64,000 nucleotides of DNA. It comes from Podarcis melisellensis (taxonomy: Eukaryota). A program made the position numbers and the translations under genes. Numbering within the stretch: position 1 is the stretch's first letter; each line of letters begins with the position of its first letter. The notes under the pieces are model-generated. The model made no database searches. It was not told the origin of the DNA and saw only the letters and a program-made list of their open reading frames with translations. This document shows positions 1 to 13,510 of this stretch, piece by piece. Location: NCBI GenBank assembly GCA_964234715.1, contig OZ174276.1. The stretch is one strand, 5' to 3'.

Positions 1-408
1 GGTATTTGATAGAAAAGCTACTCAAACCTTTTGGCAATGTCCAGTGAAGTTTTCACTAGCTCAGGGATTTCTGCTAGTGAAACAGAACTTATCCGTCTTC
101 TCCCTGTGTGCCCCTCCCTGCAATCTCCCCAAATCCTCTTTGCAGGGTTGGGAGAATCCTCAGAACACATTAAGGGTGCAAAAGGGTGGGGATATTGGGG
201 GAGAAGAGGGAGGGGAAGTTCCACTTTGCAGCCAGAAGTCCTTGCACTAGCAAAAGTACTTGATTAGATTCTGCTCTTTATTTCCAAATACGTTTGTGAG
301 GTTCTCTACTCAAAGAGTAGAGAAGGTGGCATTTGTGTCTGTGTTTTTTTCTTTCTAGTTTCCAAGTTGAGCTGTATATGAATCTTACCATAAAAGAGAA
401 AGGTAATA

Positions 409-570
409 CCGTATTTTTCTGTGTATAAGATGCCCCCATGTATAAGACTATTTTGGGGGACTCCAAATTAAGAAAACACCCCTCAGCACTACCCGTGTAT
501 AAGACGAGCCCCAATTTTAAACTGATTTTTTTGGTAAAAACAACCTAGTCTTATACACAGAAAAATATGG
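409..570. mobile_element. Tc1/mariner (Tc2/pogo-like) MITE
   Basis: TA|ccgtatttttctgtgtataaga ... tcttatacacagaaaaatatgg|TA: terminal inverted repeats with TA target duplication. Confidence 0.8.
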
Positions 571-2404
571 TATACTTGCAGAAAAACACCCAGTTTAGAC
601 AGACGAAGCTGAAACTGTGTTAGAAGCTATCAGCAATGCCTTAATAAAACGTTCTCTGCTTATATCATACCAGATAGTTACTTCTTATCTTGGACAGAAT
701 GGCAGCATTCACACATCAGAACCCATAGTTAACAAACCATAGTTTACCTTGAACACACAGATGGTTCCCACTTAGCGCCTCCCCTTGCCTCTGGCAGCAG
801 TTAACCACAAACCCTCGCTTAGTATAGCATCTGAATCTGGGGTTGTGGTTTGTTTAAGTCCAAACAAACTATGACGTGAAGCTTCCTGGCCATGGTTTGC
901 CGAAGTGAAACAAACCACAGCTCCCAGTTCAGACAAAATACTAATGCAGGGATTGCAGTTTGTTGCTCCTGCTCGCCAGAGGAGACGAGCAAAGTGAAAG
1001 CAGTCTCTTTGTTCACAATAAACTATAGTCAATGTGCAAATTGGGCCATTACGTGTCAGATAGTAATGGAATATAGGTTGGCCAGTCAGTATAAGTGATG
1101 ACATTCTAAATGAAAGCTTCATGATTAAAGGCAAGTTTTATCTGATTCCTTGGGGAGGGGGTGAAACAGAGTGTGGTTATTACATTCATGTCTTGCCTGT
1201 GACTTTCCTAAGGTGTCTTGTTGCCCCCTACTAGAGACAGAATGCTGAACTAGGTACATCACTGGTTTGTTGCAGCAAGGTCATTATGTTGTACTCAATG
1301 ATTATGGCTGAGCACAGAAGACTGCCATTTTCATCATTCACATTTATATACCTGTGAATTTTCACGAGTGCAGCTAGTATAAACCTATCCTCTCAGTTGA
1401 CCATTGGGCTTCAGCTAGTTGTGTATTGAAAGAAAGAAATGAATGCAGAGGGTCAAGTGCCCTATAGTTTCATGGATTACTATGCAGGCCTCAACAAGTC
1501 ACTGTTTTCTCAGTTCCACTTCTGTAAGTGGCTATATATATATACTAGCATGTTACATTTAAAAAGTCATATGTGACTTCCAGTGTTTTGTGAATGCATT
1601 ATCCACAATTTTGGGGCAAACATGAATCTTCATATTGGGCACAAAATGTAGCAACCTGAATTTCTCATGTCTTATTTAAAAATAGGATTATTATTTATGT
1701 TCAGAGAATGCTTAAGAGAAACCTCAGAAACCAGAGAACGACTCAACAGGATTTTCAGTGGGGAGGGATTGAAGTATTAGTACCTTGGATATGTGCTTGC
1801 TCCTCCTTACAACTAGCAAAAGTGACATAAATTATGCAAAAAAGTAAAGTAGGGAAATTGGGTTTATCTGCATTATTTAGACAAGCTGGAGAAGCAACAT
1901 CTGTCTGTCTCTTAAACTAAGTCAGATATAATTCTGGGGTGAATGGTGAAAACAGACAGTGATACTTGCACATGTACAGTATACCCAGAAATACAAATCT
2001 AATAATGGGAAGCCTTCATGATGCATGTACTTATTTAACTTCGGAAAGTACATGTGGGAAACTTCCTAGCAAAATCACCATTTGTTCTTAACATTTTGTT
2101 TAAAGTTAATAACAAACTAATACTTAACCTCTGTAGCTGACCTGATCTGGACAGCCACCTGCTGATGCTTTACTGATGTTTTGGACAGTACTGTATAGTA
2201 CAACTTTGACTTTTCCAAAAGGTATTAGATATTGACAAGAAAACAGGTTATTGGAGTACTGTCTTTGCAACTCAGGCAGTGATTTAACCTTTTACTTGGT
2301 GTTTGAGGGTGGTTTTTTTAAATGAACATGAAATGTGATTTTTAAAGGTTGTGCAAATATCTATTTTCCAGAAAATGAACTAGAACTTATCTTTTTTGCT
2401 TTAG

Positions 2405-2437
2405 GCTTTCAGATAAACTTCTGTGAAAAAGCACAAA
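2405..2437 (+). CDS. MAP2K4: MAP2K4 alternative 33-nt microexon, (G)FQINFCEKAQ(S)
   Basis: cttttttgctttag|GCTTTCAGATAAACTTCTGTGAAAAAGCACAAA|gtaagc; phase 1-1; matches the recalled GFQINFCEKAQS insert of the long mammalian MKK4 isoform. Confidence 0.9.
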
Positions 2438-3234
2438 GTAAGCTACATGTTTTATAGTATTCTGCTATTTTATTTTACTTTATTTTTATATCATTCTTGG
2501 TACTGGGAATGTGTCCACTGTTGATCTAACTAACCAGCCATGCATTAATACATGGGCAGAGCTTCCATTTTTCATCTTGCTACCCAAATCTAATTCTTGT
2601 TGTTCTGTCAATAATTCTTTAGTATCTCTTATACTTCTTGGATAGTAAACTAGAGGTCGCATAGTTGTTCCTAAATTGTAATGAATGAAAGATTTAAGAC
2701 TTTTATAAAATGAAGTGGAAATATAGATATTTGGGGTTTAATGGTGTCTAACCACTTAGTGAAAAAGTAATCATAGGAACTGAGAGGATTATTTCAGTAG
2801 GGGCCCAAGTCACCTTCTTGTTTCTGCTCTTCTTTTAAAGTTTGGCATGAACTGCTTTGCATTGCCCTTGGTGGCGTGACACAGTAAACCCAACAATAGT
2901 TCGCATTAACTTTGCTCCAAACCAGTCAGTTTGGTATAGCAGTGATGCCAAAGTTTGGCTTAACAGGTCATCTGAAGGTGGGATTGTGCTTAAACTCTAC
3001 GCTCCTTAACTGTGATGTAGTCAAGAGCAAACCTTGGCTACAGACCATGATTAAGGAGGAGATAACTTAACCATAGATCAGTGTGTGGGTGATACACTAA
3101 GCCAACCTTGGCTTCATTGTTGTGCTTAGCTAAAATAATCGGGGATGATCAAAGGGGTTGCGTTCTCCCTGGGAGCTAGCATGTTTGTGGTAAGTCATGG
3201 TTTGGCTTAGTGTTACATGGGAATGCGACAACTG

Positions 3235-3395
3235 TCAAGCCATCAATCCAGTAGTGTAATGTCTAATCTGATTGGCACTGGCTCTCCCAAGATCTCATGG
3301 AACAGTCTTTCCCACTGCTACCTGAGATCATTTGAGTGGAGATGCCGAGCTTCTAACTTTCGTCATGCAAAGCTTGTCCTCTGCGACTGAATCAA
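3235..3395 (-). mobile_element. Degenerate tRNA-derived SINE (Squam3-like)
   Basis: Reverse complement reads tcagtcgcagaggacaagctttgcatg...catctccactc...gggaaagactg...gagagccagtgccaatcag; a similar decayed copy lies at ~62040-62206. Confidence 0.45.
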
Positions 3396-4454
3396 GGTAT
3401 TTTACTATGGGGTCTGGTTGTAATTTAAATGACCCAGTAGTGCTCTCTGTGTACCTTTGGAATGATAACTTTTGAAAACATGACCGGATACATCATTTTG
3501 AAACTGACGTCTCTATAAAAGTCAGGAAAAATTGTCAGTCACTACCATCCCGTGTTTGGATGATTAATGGAAGCTCTGCACAATTAATTTTTTCATTGTT
3601 TCATTCTCTTATGGCATTCATTTTTTTTAAATTGCAATGTTCATTATATCGTTATGATTGCCTGCCATGCTTTAGTGGGAACTTTATTGGAGAAAAAAAA
3701 CCAGCACTGCTAGCATTCCCCCCTGCCCCTTCTACTGGGTACACCTTGTATAGTTAAACACATCCGTCTTGCATTCAGGCTGCATATATTTTTCATTTTT
3801 ATTTGAAGCTAATGGATATGCATATTTAATTTTGAAATGATGAAATGCTTGTAAGATGACTATTGATGCTTAGTGATTTGCTGCCTAAGGGTTCTAAAGA
3901 TGATCCCTAGTAGGAGGATGGTAATCAAGAAATGCAAAACAGTTTGTGCCCCAAATATTGCCACCAGCCATCTAGACGATCAGAAATGTAGTTTGCCTCC
4001 TATTCCAGTTCCCCTGGGAAATGCTATTTTGTAGTCAGTTTGTAATGCATTTTGGCAGCACTGTGAAGGTATATACCTAGAAGGGGGGAAACGACGACAA
4101 AGTAAACTGAAAAAAATCAAGCAGTTTCTGAGATACCTTGCATGGTGCTTTGGCGCCTTGTATTTCCCTGTCACAACGAAACATCTGTTGTTGTGTAGAA
4201 TGCTGTTTTATTCTCTTGCGCCTCTTGCAGATAGTGCTGTCCCCATGGATTAGGAAGTGCTAGTTCTTAAAAGTGAGGGCCATAACAAAAATGAAGGTAA
4301 TTTTTCAAACAAACAAATAGGAGCTGTGGGGGCTTCCAGATCAGGTCCATGGGGGCGAAGGGGAACTGTCTCTGCTGCGGCCCTGATCTAGATAAGAGGC
4401 CCCATAGCTACTACTGGTAACCACAGGAGGATGGGACCCAGGTTCAAACTAGGG

Positions 4455-4696
4455 CAGGGGTAGGAAACCTAAGGTCCGGGGCCCGGATGCGGCCCATTCG
4501 CCTTCTCAATCCGGCCTGCGGATGGTCCAGGAATCAGTGTGTTTTTACATGAGTAGAATGTGTTCTTTTATTTAAAATGCATCTCTGGGTTATTTGTGGG
4601 GCATAACCCCCTCCCAAAAAAATACATAGTCCAGCCCACCACATGGTCTGAGGGACGGTGGACTGGCCCACTGCTGAAAAAGGTTGCTGACCCCTG
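4455..4696. mobile_element. hAT (Charlie-like) MITE
   Basis: Ends caggggtaggaaacct / aggttgctgacccctg; 8-bp flanks aactaggg / cactaggg; same family inverted at 47132-47377. Confidence 0.85.
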
Positions 4697-5523
4697 CACT
4701 AGGGTTAAAGATTCCCTTCTCCTTCCTGTAGTTCCAATCCAGTTTTCAGGAGTAGGAGTCTTCGTTCCTATTTACTATTTAAAAGTGAAATGAAAACCAT
4801 CCTTTCTGTTTTGTCCCTGAGTTGTGGTCCCTCCAAACAAGATGCTTGTGTAAAACAAGAGCTAATGCTTTAGCTTCCTTTTTTCCTCTGGCTTCTTATG
4901 CTCTACCTATTGCTTAAATCTTTTGTCTTATGACTTCATTCTACAGTCACCACTTCGTGCCATTAAGGACTCCTGGTTTTTTCTGGGGGGGGGGGGTAAG
5001 CAGATGGCTTCTTAAAAGATTAATGAAGTTGTCTATAGCAGTATATTTCTAGCAGAAATAATAAATGGGGACTGAGTAACTTGGGCAGCTGTGAAGGTCA
5101 CATCAGAAAAAGTAGCATAAGTAGGTAGACCACAGATTATTTGCATATTTTTATTCATAATGAGCAAAGCTTATAAAATTTGCATAAACCTCGTGGCCGT
5201 CAAGTCATAGTTCTTGGACATTTCAAAACTCTCTATGCCTCTGTTAATGCAATTTGCAGGCACTCCCTTCCTAAATACATTTAATTAGAAATCAGTTCAA
5301 GTGATTTAAGTGGAACATCATTTCATGTAAGTATGCTTTAGGGAACATGTTCTAAAACTGGTGATATTTGTAATAATTCTGGAGGTGGCTAACAATTGAC
5401 AGTGGTTTTAATCTTAAGGCTTAGAAATATGGTCTTTCCTTGCAAACAAATATTCCCTGTGGAAACAAATATTATCCTGGTTATTTGTATTTTATGCAGC
5501 TTTTTATATCTTAAAACTAACTA

Positions 5524-5775
5524 CCGTATTTTTCGTCCCATAGGACGCACCTACTTTTTTGGGGGGGGAATAAAGGAATTTCCCCCCCTTTATCTCCCCC
5601 CCAAAACCAGGTTGGGGAACAGTGGGATGGCGGCGCTGCGCCTCCCCGCTGTCCCCTGAGCTTGTGGGGCTGGCCGATGTCTGCCCGGCGCGAGGGGCGC
5701 TCTGCGGACACCTGCGTGAAGCACGGGGCGTCCTCCAGAGGGCGCCCTGTGCTCCGCGCTGCAGGACACCTACAT
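5524..5775. mobile_element. Truncated Tc2/mariner-like MITE, GC/CpG-rich interior
   Basis: Starts TA|ccgtatttttcgtcccataggacgcac, like the 409 element; no right TIR found. Confidence 0.55.
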
Positions 5776-7441
5776 GTACCATTTTTGTTAATCAATACGA
5801 GATTCTCTTAGCAAAATTCTTACACTGTGGTTTAAAATTCTTACACTGTGGTCCTTCCTTCTCCTGCATAGCAAAGTGTTTTATTGAACTATGTGCTGCT
5901 TCAAAACCCAACCCTCTAGAGTAGATTTTCTGGGGGAACGAAGGAAGGCTTGAATAAAATCACACGTCTCTTCTGCCTACTGGAGAATCCTCTGAGAAGA
6001 GCTACACTCATAGGATCTCTGGATTCAAGCTCTTTCTTAGATCTATAATGCCTTATTTGTCTTTGTCATCACTAACCCCCATTTTGCACCACTGAAAACA
6101 TTAATTCTTGGGAAGCACAAAAGGAATTGTCTGCTTAGCCCTAGAGTTGCCCTATAAAGGGGCCAGGCAGCAGAATGTATTGATGTCCAAGTGGCATCCT
6201 TCTAAATTATTGGTCCTAAAGCTAAATTCTAAACAGAAAATGTGGGAATAGTATGCACAGAAGACAGGTATGAATATGGGTTGGTTGTGCACAGCATTCT
6301 TTCTAGTCTCTTGGCTGGACTTTTTATTGATTTAATACCACTAATCTCCATGTCTGCTGTTGGGAGGAGCAGAGATCAGTATGTAAATCAGTGCAGTTCC
6401 CATGTTGAATGTGAATATTGAGTACGTGTACTGCATCCAACAACCAGTACCCTACAACAAGGCCTTATTCTTCAAATGTGATCATTTTTGTTTGTTTGTT
6501 TCTCCCAATTTTTCCTGGAACAGAATACAATGATGGCATTCGTGTACCAGGTTCTGGTCTTGTAACAGCATCATTGTAGTTTCTGGGGAAGACAGAAAAG
6601 GCAACCCTGACCTGCAATAATGTTATCTGTGCACCAACCTGGTGCATAATGTGTGTGTACAGAATCAAGGAACTGAACCCAATGTTTATTTCATATGTAC
6701 TGCTTAAATCTGTAGACACAGGCTAAGTCACAAAAATCAGGTTAGACTTTTAATAAAATAGGTATGGAGGTTTTTTGAGTGGATTTTTTTTTTAAGTAGA
6801 AGTGTTTTCTGTTCCTGGCATATCTAGAATTGCATTCAATTAGATAGGCTTCCCAGCTTTTCAGAATTAATAGCCCAATGTTGCAGGTGTATATGAGTTA
6901 ATCCTCTTGTTCTTGCAGCATCAGAAATAGAGTCACTTGGGAGGTATGAGGCTCTGGTGGTGTCACACAACAGTGTGATGTCAACGAAAGCTAGCAGAAA
7001 TTACCTAACTAGTTTTAGTGTCATATATCCATAGACTTGGGTTTATTAATTGGGTCTTGTGGGGTTCCTCTGATTTGGGCCTTTCTGGTATTATCTGAAC
7101 CACTAAGTTGCTGATACCATCTTTCCTGTTAGCATGCAGAAAGCGGTGAGGAAGATGCACTCCTGCAGTTGCTTTTAATCTACTGTTTAGATATGTCAGT
7201 GTAGAGTGGTATGATTGAGGCTTTGTGGTAAGCCATATGCCTTGAGCTTGTGCAAATGAAAAGTTTGAATTAGCTGCTATATATGTGCGTATGCATGTGT
7301 GTATGAAAGAACATGAGGGTAACAGAAGAGCAATACAGCAAAAACAACTTGAGGTTAAAATGCATGCCATGTTGGTTTAGTTGAATTTCTTGCTTACGTT
7401 AGATACTGAGATGCAGGGCCCAGGTGCTTAAGACCATACTG

Positions 7442-7525
7442 TACAATCCTATACATGTTGACTCAGAAGTAATTCCCATTGAGTTCCGTAGGGTTTACTC
7501 CCAGGTAAGTGGTTATGGGATTGTA
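7442..7525. repeat. Short quasi-palindromic interspersed repeat (caatcct...gtaagtccc...cttactc...ggattg family)
   Basis: Related copies at ~10936-11023, ~15395-15489, ~46200-46275 and ~52450-52510. Confidence 0.65.
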
Positions 7526-9023
7526 GGCTAAATCTAGCAGGCAGATTTCTGAAGTGTCCAGTTGATTATTCTCCTGGAAATAAATCCCATCAATTCACTT
7601 CCTTGTTAAAGTGTGTTGGTATTAATGTGTCATATGCCAATCATTCCTATGCATTTTAAGGGGGTTGAACTAGATGATCCTCGTGGGTCACCCTGCAATT
7701 CTAAAATTCTGTGATTGAATAACAGAAATGTTCATAAGCTGTTTTAGGTCAGTTCATCCCTTTGCTAAAAAAGGAAGTACATTGTTTTTAGAAATACTCA
7801 AAATTTTGCATCAGAATTTTAATTCTGTTATTGAGTTAGGCAATTTAAATTCATTTCCTCAATGTGTTAAAATAGATCAAGTTTAATCCAGACATTATTT
7901 CCATAACCTGTCTGCACAAAACATTTATTATTGAAGTTTGCTAAGTGGAATCTGTGCTATGGTGCCTCATTAATCTCCTTTACTTCTTCTCAAACTGGGG
8001 CTTCCTGCTTCCTTGACATGAAGACTGTTGCTGTGAGGAGATAGGAGGTATGAAAAACCAGACAGTCAGTAAACATGGGGTGTTCTCGGTACACTTCATT
8101 GCAGAATACATGGTAGTAAAATGTTTGATAGGCTCAACTTTAAGTTCAACTGCAGCTTTAACTTGCCACTAGTTATAGTTGTGAGATACAGCAATGTATT
8201 AATGCTTAGGAAACTTACACACATTTATAGATGCTATATGTATTAGTATGCCAGCAGATTCTTCTTCTTTTTAAGCGAGGAGTTCCCCAATGCCCATTGG
8301 CTACAGAAAAAGCACATGTACCTAATTTTATCTGCATGTCCTTACTCTCCTGCATTCACACATTTGGGCTCACAGATACATGTGCATATGCTAGCATACT
8401 CCTATATGCACACTGATCTACACATTCTTTCTCATGCCCAGAATGTTTTCTCAGTTGCATGCAGACCTGCACATCTCCCTTCAGTAGGCAACAGTATGGG
8501 CTTGTTTTTGCTAGTTACTTTTGCTGGATTTTGTGACCCAGCTACATCACGTAGTGGTAATTCAAGCTACAGTCAAGGCTGTGTTCCTGCCCATTTTTAT
8601 TGAACCGTGTACACATCCTATGCATGTTAGTGCTTCAGAATAATGAGGTGATATATTTTGACCCTTGACCTAGCAATATTATCAAAAATATGAATACATG
8701 GGAAATACTTTGCGGCTAGCCACCAGCATTAAAGGAAGGGGTTTTAGTATAATTGTAAAAACAAGGGCATTTGTAGACCAAAGAAGCTGTTTGTCAGATT
8801 CAGACTTGCTCAGTGGCTCAATTTGGAGTTAAGTTCAGAAGCCCTGTCCAATGACTAATCTATTGATATTGCAATATTAAATGTCATTGTTTATGTGAAA
8901 TGTTTCATGTAGGGAAGAATATGTTACATTTTTTGGTTCTGGTTTATTTTGGATGCTTTCAGTACAGTAATACATGTTCTCTTGCCGACAAGAGTGTTTT
9001 TTGTGTGTTTGTTTATCTCTCAG

Positions 9024-9123
9024 GTAAGCGCAGAGCACTGAAGTTGAATTTTGCAAACCCACCTTTCAAATCCACAGCGCGATTTACTTTGAACCCTGGA
9101 GTTCCTTTTCAGAATCCACACAT
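9024..9123 (+). CDS. MAP2K4: MAP2K4 exon 2 (MAPK docking D-site KRRALKLNF)
   Basis: tctctcag|GTAAGCGC...CCACACAT|gtgagt; 100 nt; KRRALKLNFANPPFKSTARFTLNPGVPFQNPH(I). Confidence 0.96.
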
Positions 9124-12100
9124 GTGAGTATAAAGCCAGAAATTCCACCAGATGGAACCATTTTGAAGTAGGAAGATAAAGCACTTTCCTTTGTCACACA
9201 AATTTTGTAGGCAGTTCAAAAGTTAAAATTGTAGTCTGGACTGAGACGTAGGATGTTCTGTTTATGTAACATTTTCTCATGTATTTTTGGAACTTCAAAT
9301 AAGCTGTTTTACCTAAAGGCTTAAAGCAAGACTACTCCTTTGAACTGTACCAAAAAAAAAGTCCTGTCATTTGCTGGCAAGTCATCTCCATATGGCAGAG
9401 GTAGCTTACCTGTAGTCCTGCAGATATTATTGGACTACAAATTCCCATCAGCCCTAATGAGCGTGACCAAATGTGGCCCCACGCTGCCAACCACAGTTTA
9501 GCCACTCCTGCCTTATGGTTAATCTCACTCACGGACTGCATAAACCTATGCCTGCTGCTTTTCAAGTTTGCAAAGTTTTTATTCCTGTATTTGTTTTTAA
9601 GATATTTGTGTGAGACATCTTAGTTTTAAAATTGAGGGGATTCTTTTTTTTAGAAATCTAAGAGGTGGTGAGAAGTTACTAGAACCCTGTAAGTCTCCAG
9701 GAAAGGTGTTATGGACAGCCTTATATACAGATTCAGTGTAAAGTGGAATATCCAACAATTGGTTGTTTAATGCAGCAGAATGTCTCTTGAAATACAAGCC
9801 TTGTGTCCTCAGATCCACCAATCTGGACTGATGGGTAACTTCTCAGGCTGTGCAGTCAGCATCTCCTTTATATTCTCTTGTGAGGTTTTTGAAGCCCGGC
9901 AGAGTAAAAATCCTCAGAGCTTTGTGCCTGTCATTCCTCCAGTTGCTTGTACTTCCTTTGGACAATTCTGCCATGTATGTGTGTCTGTATGTTGCGGCTT
10001 TGTTCATAAAGCTCAGAGCTTTCTATTTCCTATGAATATATCCGTTTCATTTCCTTATTTAGAAACTCTTCCTTGTTTTGATTCTAAAGCTATCCAAGTA
10101 ATTATAGATGGACTTTGAAAAAGTATTCCTGTTACTTATAAGGTCAGTTCTGAAAACCAGAAGATGCAGATATTTCAGTAGACATTCTTCAAAGATGTCC
10201 TGTTTCTCATCCAAAAAGAAGAGAAGCAAGGTTCAGCCTGCAGAGTTCTGGCATCCAGCAGTACCACCATTTATAAAATGCCATATTAATTTAAGGACTT
10301 AGGACTTACTCCCCATGTTAGAATATATAAGCTAGCTGGACACAATCTTTTCACAATAACCTCATAGGTCCTTTCTCTATGTAGTGGTTCTGCACAACTT
10401 TTGTCTTTCAACTTTTTCTCTTTGATAGATTTCACCTTCATAAGACCTTTATTCTTAGTAAGTTAACTCATCACCTTCTAGTGACTTTCTTTAGTAGTGA
10501 TATTTTTCATCCAGTGACTTTCTGAACAGGAATTTCTGTAGATAATAGCTGTTCTTGTCTGGCAGTTCTTCTTGCATCTAATAATAAAATCCCTAATTTC
10601 AGGCTCATCAGGCAGCTGGTGGTATTGCTTTGAACTTAAGACTATTTTGATAAAGTAGGTTGGACAGGGGAGAAATAAGTTTTTTCTGCAACAGCAAGCT
10701 TCCCAAATATTGTGTTAGGGTTTTTTCTAGACCACCCACTGTATAGATAAATATATCTTACATTTTACACTGAACATCATCAATAATCTGTTTTGAGAAT
10801 AAACGTGTTATGTAGTCTGTGAAAGGAAGTCTGTTTCTATTATAAAATTTGTGTTGGGTAGTTCTTTTGAAATAGGAAAGGCTTGTTTTATCCATTTGTC
10901 CCCCTCACCTTTACAAACTCTTCATTTAGTATTTAGGCTGCAATCCTGTACCTGCTTACCTGGGAACAAGCACCACTGAAGTCAGTGGGACTTACTTCTG
11001 AGTAGTCTTGTCTAGCATTGCACTGCGAGTGTTCAGTGGTTATTTTTTTTATCATCTTATGTCTCAGATTTATGAAGGTTTTCTTAGGAGCTGGTATGTT
11101 AACAAGTAAGGATCATAACATTTTTAAAAATCTTAAATTCTTTTTGAAAATCTTTTGCTAATGTGGGTTTTTCTAATATGTCATTCTTCTTCCAGACACC
11201 TTTTCTTGTGTTGGATATTTACTTTGTTACATGGTGCTGTGAATGAGGCAATTTGCTGTTATTGGATTAAATCTTGTTTTCCAGTCATTGTAGATAGTGC
11301 TTCGTTAGTTTGTTACTATTCTTTATTCTATGAGTTGGTTGTTATTCTTCATTCTGTATAAAAGAGCAGCCTAAACATAACTGTGTTGATTAGATTTTGG
11401 GGATGTAGTTTGTCATCCCATTCATCTAGATGGGTAATGCTGAAATTTCAGAGAGGATAGTTTCTCCTGTGGAGGCTAGGCATTTGGGCTCAGTTTTGAA
11501 GGCTTTATCCTATTTTTCTAAACGATTGAAAATGTTGGACAATTTGCTTGATCTTTGTGTCCTTAAAGCTAATGGCAGTCATTGGTTATACTGCTCCTTA
11601 CCCACATTTAATTGCCCCTTAGGCATACTTTGTTGGGTTCACAGGTTGTGTTCAGGGGCTTCAGTGATGGAATTTTCAGATAAGAAATTGCAGCTCTTTT
11701 TACAGGCAGGTTGAGGAAAGGAATGTATCTTCTTTAAAGCTCTTCATTCCAAGATTTTCTCTGTCCAGAATTCAACTCCCCCCCAGAAAACAGCTATGGA
11801 GGAGATTACCAAAACACATTGTTCAGGTGAAAAGTGGTTTCAGAAGGGGATAAATATACTTGGTGATAAGTATCAATGTGTGCTTGCGGGCTTCTCTGTT
11901 TATAAGGAAGAACTGGTTTTAGCATAATGTTAGCTTTCTTTCTGTAGAATTTGTGGTTTATTCAAGGTGAAGCTGCCTGGTTTGTTCTGCAGCTATATGT
12001 AAATTAGGCATAAAGCTTTGCGGAAAACTGCTGCCAGTGTGCCCACCACCAGGTTAGAGTTTATTCACACTTTATTGCACCGTCTTGGGCCTTCTCCTGT

Positions 12101-13334
12101 CACCTTGGCTAGTTAAGGAGCAGAGTTCTTTATGTGTGTTGTAAAAGTTACTTTATGTGCTAACATTGTGGTTAAAATGATGTTACATACATGTAATTGT
12201 AATATGTCTGTATTGGTCCTATAATTTTAACTTGATAAATTTTAAGACTTGATGTTTTTACGGTGTGTCTAGGTCCTTGCCAAAGCCTGAATTAGATCTC
12301 CTGAATTAGCAGTTAACCTCAGATGCCACATGTATATAAAGCCAACAACATATTTGCGCCTGTTTGTGCGCATGCGCATCAAATTGACCTGGAAGTGGCT
12401 GGAAAAGGAGGCTTATTGGGGCAGAGTGGGCTTATGTGTGCTCCACCATCGTGCACAGTAACCTGGCACGCAACCCCCACACAAATCGGGGGTTGCCTGT
12501 AATTCTTTCTTCTGTGTAGTATAGATTGGCAGAGATTCTCATTTTGTGTTTTGTAAACAGTGTAGTACTTCATTTTCATAGTTTCACCATAGAATATTAA
12601 CATAGCAACAACTTCCACAGTGGGAAGGTTCACATGAGTCCTATGATAGATCAGTATTGTTACTACTCACTCTTCCATTTCACCCTCCTTTTTTTTCTAC
12701 CTCTGGCTTGGCTCGGCTTCTTCTGATTTGGATGGATTAGGGTCAAAATTTTCCCTAGATTGATTGTAGATTATTCTGAAAGTTTGCTGAGGTGGTAGAT
12801 ATACAGTCCTCCATGCACATGAGTCTGTTGTTTAATTCTAGGTAAACTATACAGTAAGATACAGAATGCACAATAACATCTGTAGACCCTAGGGGCTGTT
12901 CTGGTACTGTGGTGATTTATGTTTTACTCAGAATTGTTGCAGCCCTGGTTGGGTATTTATATCATCTATGGAGCCCTGTTAATGAGTCCTGGAGGCTGCT
13001 ATAGTGAACCACATTGAGACTAGAAATATTTCATGTTCCTTGGTGCTTTTCTCCCATATTGTAAAAGATCAGACATAAGAGTTTCCACTTCGCAAAGGCA
13101 CAACTGGGAGATACAACACTTTGCCAGAACAGCAGCAGGTATGCTTCTTCCCTGATGCAGTGCAGTTGTGTGTGTTGCACAGTGGCTGCAGAGGGTGAGT
13201 GGGGAAAGCTTGTACATACATGGCTTTCTTGAAAGTAAAAGGCCAGGTAAGAGTTTTTCCCAAGCTGGTTCTGCCCTGTTTAATGAGTTTTAGCTGCTTC
13301 AGCTAAAGCAGATTGGTAAGCTCTGGCATTCATT

Positions 13335-13510
13335 GGGTGGAATCTACACACAGGTTAAAAACGTTGTGAAAATGCTTTTTCTAAAATCGTTTTGAAAAAT
13401 GCATGGAATTTGCTATAGCTCACAGTCGGCATCTAGTGTCACAATTGTACATTATATTGCACTTTACAGCACATTGAAAACATTTTGTTTGCAGCTGTAT
13501 AGCTAGGTCC
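13335..13510. mobile_element. Non-autonomous DNA element (Harbinger-like ends atctacac...tgtatag); second copy at ~16459-16634
   Basis: The two copies align along their length (gaatctacacac...ctagtgtcaca...tatattgcactt...tttgcagctgtatag). Confidence 0.6.

Noticed and set aside
5813-5852. Tandem 19-bp duplication aaaattcttacactgtggt (also ctggcccttgtgaac twice near 56489-56521)
   Set aside because: Two-copy slippage duplications with no spacer array or functional context; not CRISPR-like.
5396-5924. Cluster of 87-100 aa ORFs on both strands
   Set aside because: Lie in the GC-rich interior of a MITE; no recognisable domain or splice context. The same applies to 27484-27860.
6151-6160. Perfect CArG box CCTATAAAGG (others at 26209, 30981, 50531) near an SRF co-activator gene
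   Set aside because: About four to five CC(A/T)6GG matches are expected by chance in 64 kb at this base composition, and two fall in repeat-like sequence.
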